DNA of 32,000 bases, from the NCBI RefSeq assembly GCF_000284455.1, contig NC_017039.1, positions 2,640,001 through 2,672,000 of the forward strand. Reading direction: 5' to 3'. Positions 27,984 through 32,000 of the stretch are shown here, one piece after another (within the stretch, counting starts at the first letter, position 1; every line of letters begins with the position of its first letter). The position numbers and the translations under genes are program-made. The notes below the pieces were generated by a model that was not told the DNA's origin, ran no database searches, and worked only from the letters and a program-made list of their open reading frames with translations. Origin of the DNA: Synechocystis sp. PCC 6803 substr. PCC-P (GTDB lineage Bacteria; Cyanobacteriota; Cyanobacteriia; Cyanobacteriales; Microcystaceae).

Positions 27984-29729
27984 TGATTTTAACCATTGGG
28001 CCTCTTGGTGGCGATCGCCAATTATTTCCAAAACTCTGATGGGGCTAGAATTATTGCTTGGCCATTGTTCCTTCAAATCCCAAAGGTTAGTAATGATTTT
28101 GTGTTCCACTCCATAGGTGCGACAAAGTTGCCCAAAATCCACTCCTTGGGGGGTAGCAAAATAGGTTTCAAACACATCTTCGCACTGGGCAATGGGTAGG
28201 GTTTGGAAAATACCACCGCCGTTATTGTTGAGCAAGATAATAGTTAAATTACCTCGCATTTGGCTCTGATTTAAAAAGCCATTACTGTCATGCAATAGGG
28301 ATAGATCACCAGTTAACAAAACTGTTTCACCCCGACTCCGGTGAGCAATACCCATGGCAGTGGAAAGGGTGCCATCAATGCCGTTAGCGCCCCGGTTAAC
28401 AAAAATACGATGGTGATCGCCGTTGGCAGGCCAGAAAAATTCCAGCCAGCGCACAGGCAAACTATTCGCCACGAACAAATTGGTTTGGGGCGGTAAACAA
28501 TGGGCTAATTGGGCCACCATTAAAGGGGTGTGGGCATCAGCTAGGGCAGAAATGATGATTGTTTGGCTTTGGCGTTGTTTTTCCAGCCAACTATGGGCAT
28601 AATTTTTTTGTTCTGCATCAGGAATGAAACCCTGGTTATGTATATATTCGGCTACTTGGGCAACACTGGCAGATAGGTAAATCGTTTGTCCTTGCAGGGG
28701 GTCTAAATTTTCCCCATGGAAATTCAAAATGTAACGGGGACAATCAATGGTGCCCAACCAATGCCGCAACGCCTTACTAGTGGGTAATTCGCCGATTTGA
28801 ATAATTTGTTCTGGCACTAACTGTTCTGCCCAACGGGGGCAACGGATCAGAAAATCATAATTGGTAATTAAAGCAGTCTGGCCATCGTCATAATTACGCA
28901 AAGAACAAAGGGCATCACACAATACGGGATATCCCAACCCCCTGGCGATCGCCAAAATATCAGTTAACAGACTGGGCGTTTCACCACCGGGCATAACTCC
29001 CACCAGAATCAAACCCAATGGGCTAAAGTCCAGTTGGGGTGAGGGGAAAGAGAAAATGGAAAAATTAACGGGTAGGGAAATGGCTTCTCCCCGATTCATG
29101 GTCGTAAAGGTTGTTAGCCCCCGGTAAAAATGCTCTTTGCTAAATTCTTCAGCTAAGTGCTGTAAGGACTCTCGGGCATGTTCGAGAGGCACCAGGGGTT
29201 CGTCAAAGGGACAATTAAGATGCACCACCCCCAACCCAGGCCAAAAACATTTTTGCCAACTATGGAGCGCCGTTTGCCGCAGATAATGGCAATAGTCCAT
29301 GTTTGGCTCCGGTAAAGCCAATTCCGTTTGCCACTGGGGATAGTGGCCATAGAGCTTGGTTTGGTCAATGGTTTGCCCGGCCCGGCAATGACGTAATCTG
29401 GGGGGGCGATCGCCGGTTAGAACCAACAAAGGTACCTGACTGTAATGGGCTTCAATAATGGCAGGCAAAAAATTGGCCGCCGCTGTTCCGGAAGTACACA
29501 CCAATGCCACTGGTTGCCCTGTGCGTTTGCCATGGCCCAAGGCAAAAAAGCTAGCGGAACGTTCATCTAAACTAACAACGCAATCAATGCCCCCATGGCG
29601 GGCCAAAGCCACCGTCAAAGGACTGGAACGGGAACCAGGACAAATCACCGCTTGTTGGAGTCCCAATCGAAATAAGGTTTCCACCAACACAGAGGCGGCC
29701 AGGGTATTGGGGTTAGTGAAATCAACCAT
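27942..29729 (-). CDS. menD: 2-succinyl-5-enolpyruvyl-6-hydroxy-3-cyclohexene-1-carboxylate synthase
   Basis: NPNTLAASVLVETLFRLGLQQAVICPGSRSSPLTVALARHGGIDCVVSLDERSASFFALGHGKRTGQPVALVCTSGTAAANFLPAIIEAHYSQVPLLVLTGDRPPRLR, plus the ThDP-binding region LTGDLSLLHDSNGFL. Confidence 0.98.
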   Translation of the reverse strand: MVDFTNPNTLAASVLVETLFRLGLQQAVICPGSRSSPLTVALARHGGIDCVVSLDERSASFFALGHGKRTGQPVALVCTSGTAAANFLPAIIEAHYSQVPLLVLTGDRPPRLRHCRAGQTIDQTKLYGHYPQWQTELALPEPNMDYCHYLRQTALHSWQKCFWPGLGVVHLNCPFDEPLVPLEHARESLQHLAEEFSKEHFYRGLTTFTTMNRGEAISLPVNFSIFSFPSPQLDFSPLGLILVGVMPGGETPSLLTDILAIARGLGYPVLCDALCSLRNYDDGQTALITNYDFLIRCPRWAEQLVPEQIIQIGELPTSKALRHWLGTIDCPRYILNFHGENLDPLQGQTIYLSASVAQVAEYIHNQGFIPDAEQKNYAHSWLEKQRQSQTIIISALADAHTPLMVAQLAHCLPPQTNLFVANSLPVRWLEFFWPANGDHHRIFVNRGANGIDGTLSTAMGIAHRSRGETVLLTGDLSLLHDSNGFLNQSQMRGNLTIILLNNNGGGIFQTLPIAQCEDVFETYFATPQGVDFGQLCRTYGVEHKIITNLWDLKEQWPSNNSSPIRVLEIIGDRHQEAQWLKSLQAQFCCADSLIQ

Positions 29730-31797
29730 GGCCCACGCTCAAATCAATTAGGCTCGACGATGGTTGGTTTTGTTCGCCATTACCTTGGCTGAGGTTAAGC
29801 ATTGCCACCGTTAGGGTCGCAATAATAATCACCATGCCCCCTGCAATTAATAACTGGCTGGTTTTGGAAAGGGTAAGAAATTTGGCAGCCAAGCTCCTCG
29901 ACCGGTGAGTCTTGTTTAGTTGTTCTGCCATGACGGTCGGAGGATCTAGGGGCGGATTGAGGGGAATTTCTTCCGGAGGCAGGGGCGGTTGGGTATCAAA
30001 GGGACGGGAAGCCAAGGATTCCTTGGGGTCCTGTTGGGGGATGGGATGCTCCGGTTCCGTTTCCTTCGGTTTGGACACTGGCCTTTGGCTAAAGTCAGGA
30101 TAGGCGATCGCCTTGAGTCCCAATTCCGTATCTCCAGTAAAATCTTCCTCTGGGGAATCTCCCTCCGGATCATTTATCTCTGCTTCCGCCGCCGCTTTTT
30201 CCGCCTGGGTAGGGGTGGGGACGGAGGGGGAAATCTGACAATGAATTAAAGCCACGGAAACATTGTCATGGCCATTAACTTGGTTGGCCAATTCAATTAA
30301 CCGGGGCACCGCTTCTGCCACCGGGCGATCGCCTTGTAGCACTGGGAGAAAATCATCTTGCCAATACTGTTCGACCCGATTGTAGTCACAAAAACCATCG
30401 GAACAGAGCAAAAATAGACAATCCGTCGGCACAATTAAGCGTTGAATGATGGGATGAAGTTGGGCCGAGGGCCCCAAACCCACTGCCTGGGTTAATGCCC
30501 CCGATCTGGGTAACTCCACCGCATGGCGATAGAGCATCAGTCCCAGCCGCACTTCCCGGGATGCCACATCATCGTCCACCGTCACCTGTTTACAACTGTC
30601 CGCCGTTAACCAATAGCAACGGGAATCCCCCACATTGGCCAGGAAAAATTGTTGAAAATCCGCCAGGGCCATCACCAGGGTTGTGCCCATCCGTTCCCGT
30701 TCTGTTCTTTCCTCCCGGTCATTGCGCCGATTGAGTTGCTCGTTAACTTCTTGGATGTCTTCCTTGAGGTGCTGGATGAAAGTGCGGATTTGCTCCGGCT
30801 CATTCATTTGTTTTTGAATTTTGGAAATTACCCGAACGGGTAAATGTTCAATCACCCACTGGGAAGCAATTTCTCCCCCTTCCTGGCCCCCCACCCCGTC
30901 ACAAATCAGAGTCATGGTGTTGGCCAACTGTTGCCCTTCAATGGGGGTTTCACTGACGGGAAAACAAGCATCTTCGTTGTGGTCTCGACTGGGGCCCCCA
31001 TCGGTCAAAGCAAAAACCGTGTAACTAAAATCGTACTGCTCTGCTAAGGACTGAATGCCCGTATCCAATACCCTCAGTAAATGGTCAGCGTGGGGAATTT
31101 TGCCCTGTTTTAGTTTTTTCCATAGGGTCTGACAAAAATCGGCGATCGCCGGATGGGCATTGGTTAATAGTGGCTCCCAGACTCCTGCCAAATACTTCAT
31201 CTCATAGAATTGATGCTCATCTAGCTTTAACTGCTGGAGTAATACCTGGGGGCCTTGCACCCTCAACCAATCAAACTCCAACAGGCTAGACACCACCCCC
31301 TGCCGTTGCAGCGGTTGCCAAAGGCGAATCATTTGCCAGAGCCAAGTTAACTGCTGTAAGGGACAAGCATGCTCCCACATTTCCCCCAGGGAAGGTAACA
31401 ACTGTTCATGGACAGGTTCCCCTGCTTGATCCAGCGCCACCGGGCCATAGTCCAACAGCCACACCGATAAATCCTTTTCCTCATCCCAACTAGGAAAATA
31501 GTCGTACACCTCCGGCACATTGAGACGAAAGGGCAATAGCTTTTGGTAGGGCAAAATATAATTCGGGATTTCCTCTGGCCCCTCGACCCCCAGGGCCGGC
31601 GTAGTGTCCAACAACACCTGGGGCCGCACCAACAGATAACGTTCCAGTAGCAGTTCCCCCGGTTGGTAGGCCTTGATCCAGTCCCCCACCGACCACAGAT
31701 ACCTTTTCAGCAGAGGAGTCCGGCAGGTTTTGCACAGGCGATCGCCTAGGTCATTGGGGGCTTGACAATCGCAGTTGGAGCAGTGGACAGTCGGCAC
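29722..31797 (-). CDS. PP2C-family Ser/Thr protein phosphatase with N-terminal double-CxxC zinc ribbon and C-terminal TM segment
   Basis: N-terminal CSNCDCQAPNDLGDRLCKTC. PP2C motifs FALTDGGPSRDHNEDACF, MTLICDGVGGQEGGEIAS, ANVGDSRCYWL and LLCSDGFCDY. TM segment LLIAGGMVIIIATLTVAMLNL near the C-terminus. The start codon is GTG. Confidence 0.92.
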   Translation of the reverse strand: MPTVHCSNCDCQAPNDLGDRLCKTCRTPLLKRYLWSVGDWIKAYQPGELLLERYLLVRPQVLLDTTPALGVEGPEEIPNYILPYQKLLPFRLNVPEVYDYFPSWDEEKDLSVWLLDYGPVALDQAGEPVHEQLLPSLGEMWEHACPLQQLTWLWQMIRLWQPLQRQGVVSSLLEFDWLRVQGPQVLLQQLKLDEHQFYEMKYLAGVWEPLLTNAHPAIADFCQTLWKKLKQGKIPHADHLLRVLDTGIQSLAEQYDFSYTVFALTDGGPSRDHNEDACFPVSETPIEGQQLANTMTLICDGVGGQEGGEIASQWVIEHLPVRVISKIQKQMNEPEQIRTFIQHLKEDIQEVNEQLNRRNDREERTERERMGTTLVMALADFQQFFLANVGDSRCYWLTADSCKQVTVDDDVASREVRLGLMLYRHAVELPRSGALTQAVGLGPSAQLHPIIQRLIVPTDCLFLLCSDGFCDYNRVEQYWQDDFLPVLQGDRPVAEAVPRLIELANQVNGHDNVSVALIHCQISPSVPTPTQAEKAAAEAEINDPEGDSPEEDFTGDTELGLKAIAYPDFSQRPVSKPKETEPEHPIPQQDPKESLASRPFDTQPPLPPEEIPLNPPLDPPTVMAEQLNKTHRSRSLAAKFLTLSKTSQLLIAGGMVIIIATLTVAMLNLSQGNGEQNQPSSSLIDLSVGHG

Positions 31798-31927
31798 AGC
31801 ATTACCCCTCGAACAAATTTCTGATTAATTTTAAGGAAATATGCAATCTTAAGAACATTTCCAAAAAGTTGTAATAGGCTAAAAGAGAAAAAACCGCCAT
31901 TGTTTGCAAAATTGCCCCACGAGGATT

Positions 31928-32000
31928 ATGAGCGTTGAAGCTGTCATCGAAAACCGAGACTACACCCTAATGATCGATAAAAGCAGTAGCATGGCCACCG
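31928..32000 (+). CDS. vWA-domain protein, N-terminal fragment truncated by the window edge
   Basis: ATG at 31928 gives MSVEAVIENRDYTLMIDKSSSMAT. It has the MIDAS-type DxSxS motif (DKSSS) directly after a hydrophobic strand. Confidence 0.75.
   Translation, partial: MSVEAVIENRDYTLMIDKSSSMAT

Noticed and set aside
1-32000. CRISPR array, prophage, complete IS element, toxin-antitoxin or defence island
   Set aside because: No regularly spaced direct repeats, transposase, integrase, phage structural, Cas or TA proteins were recognised among the ORFs. The content is dominated by housekeeping genes.

Overview
This window looks like ordinary core chromosome from a unicellular cyanobacterium. Gene content, order and very dense GCGATCGC (HIP1) octamers strongly resemble Synechocystis sp. 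PCC 6803. That attribution is from memory and was not searched. Supported genes in order: truncated PstS-like phosphate-binding lipoprotein (-), pentapeptide-repeat protein, tRNA-Arg(CCG), rpsN, vipp1/im30 (-), small membrane protein, MBL-like protein with degenerate metal motifs, secA (-), UPF0016/GDT1 cation exporter (-), DUF4253-like protein (-), ruvB (-), thiO-thiG fusion, PD-(D/E)XK-like protein, YgfZ/GcvT-like protein, conserved hypothetical (-), cobS, two membrane proteins, glyQ, MscS-family channel, sensor histidine kinase (manS/hik27-like), DUF3593 and DUF2499/Ycf49-like pair (-), FBT/BT1 transporter, site-2-protease (EGY-like), membrane-anchored type-1 periplasmic-binding protein (-), Dus family, menD (-), zinc-ribbon/PP2C/TM phosphatase (-), and the start of a vWA protein. 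I found no CRISPR array, prophage, complete transposon or clearly novel defence or biosynthetic system. The best second looks are a ~100-bp MITE-like inverted-repeat element at 12981-13082, the divergent PP2C/vWA pair at the right edge, the metal-ligand-less MBL protein, the orphan tethered binding protein, and the tightly overlapping dus/menD/PP2C genes.
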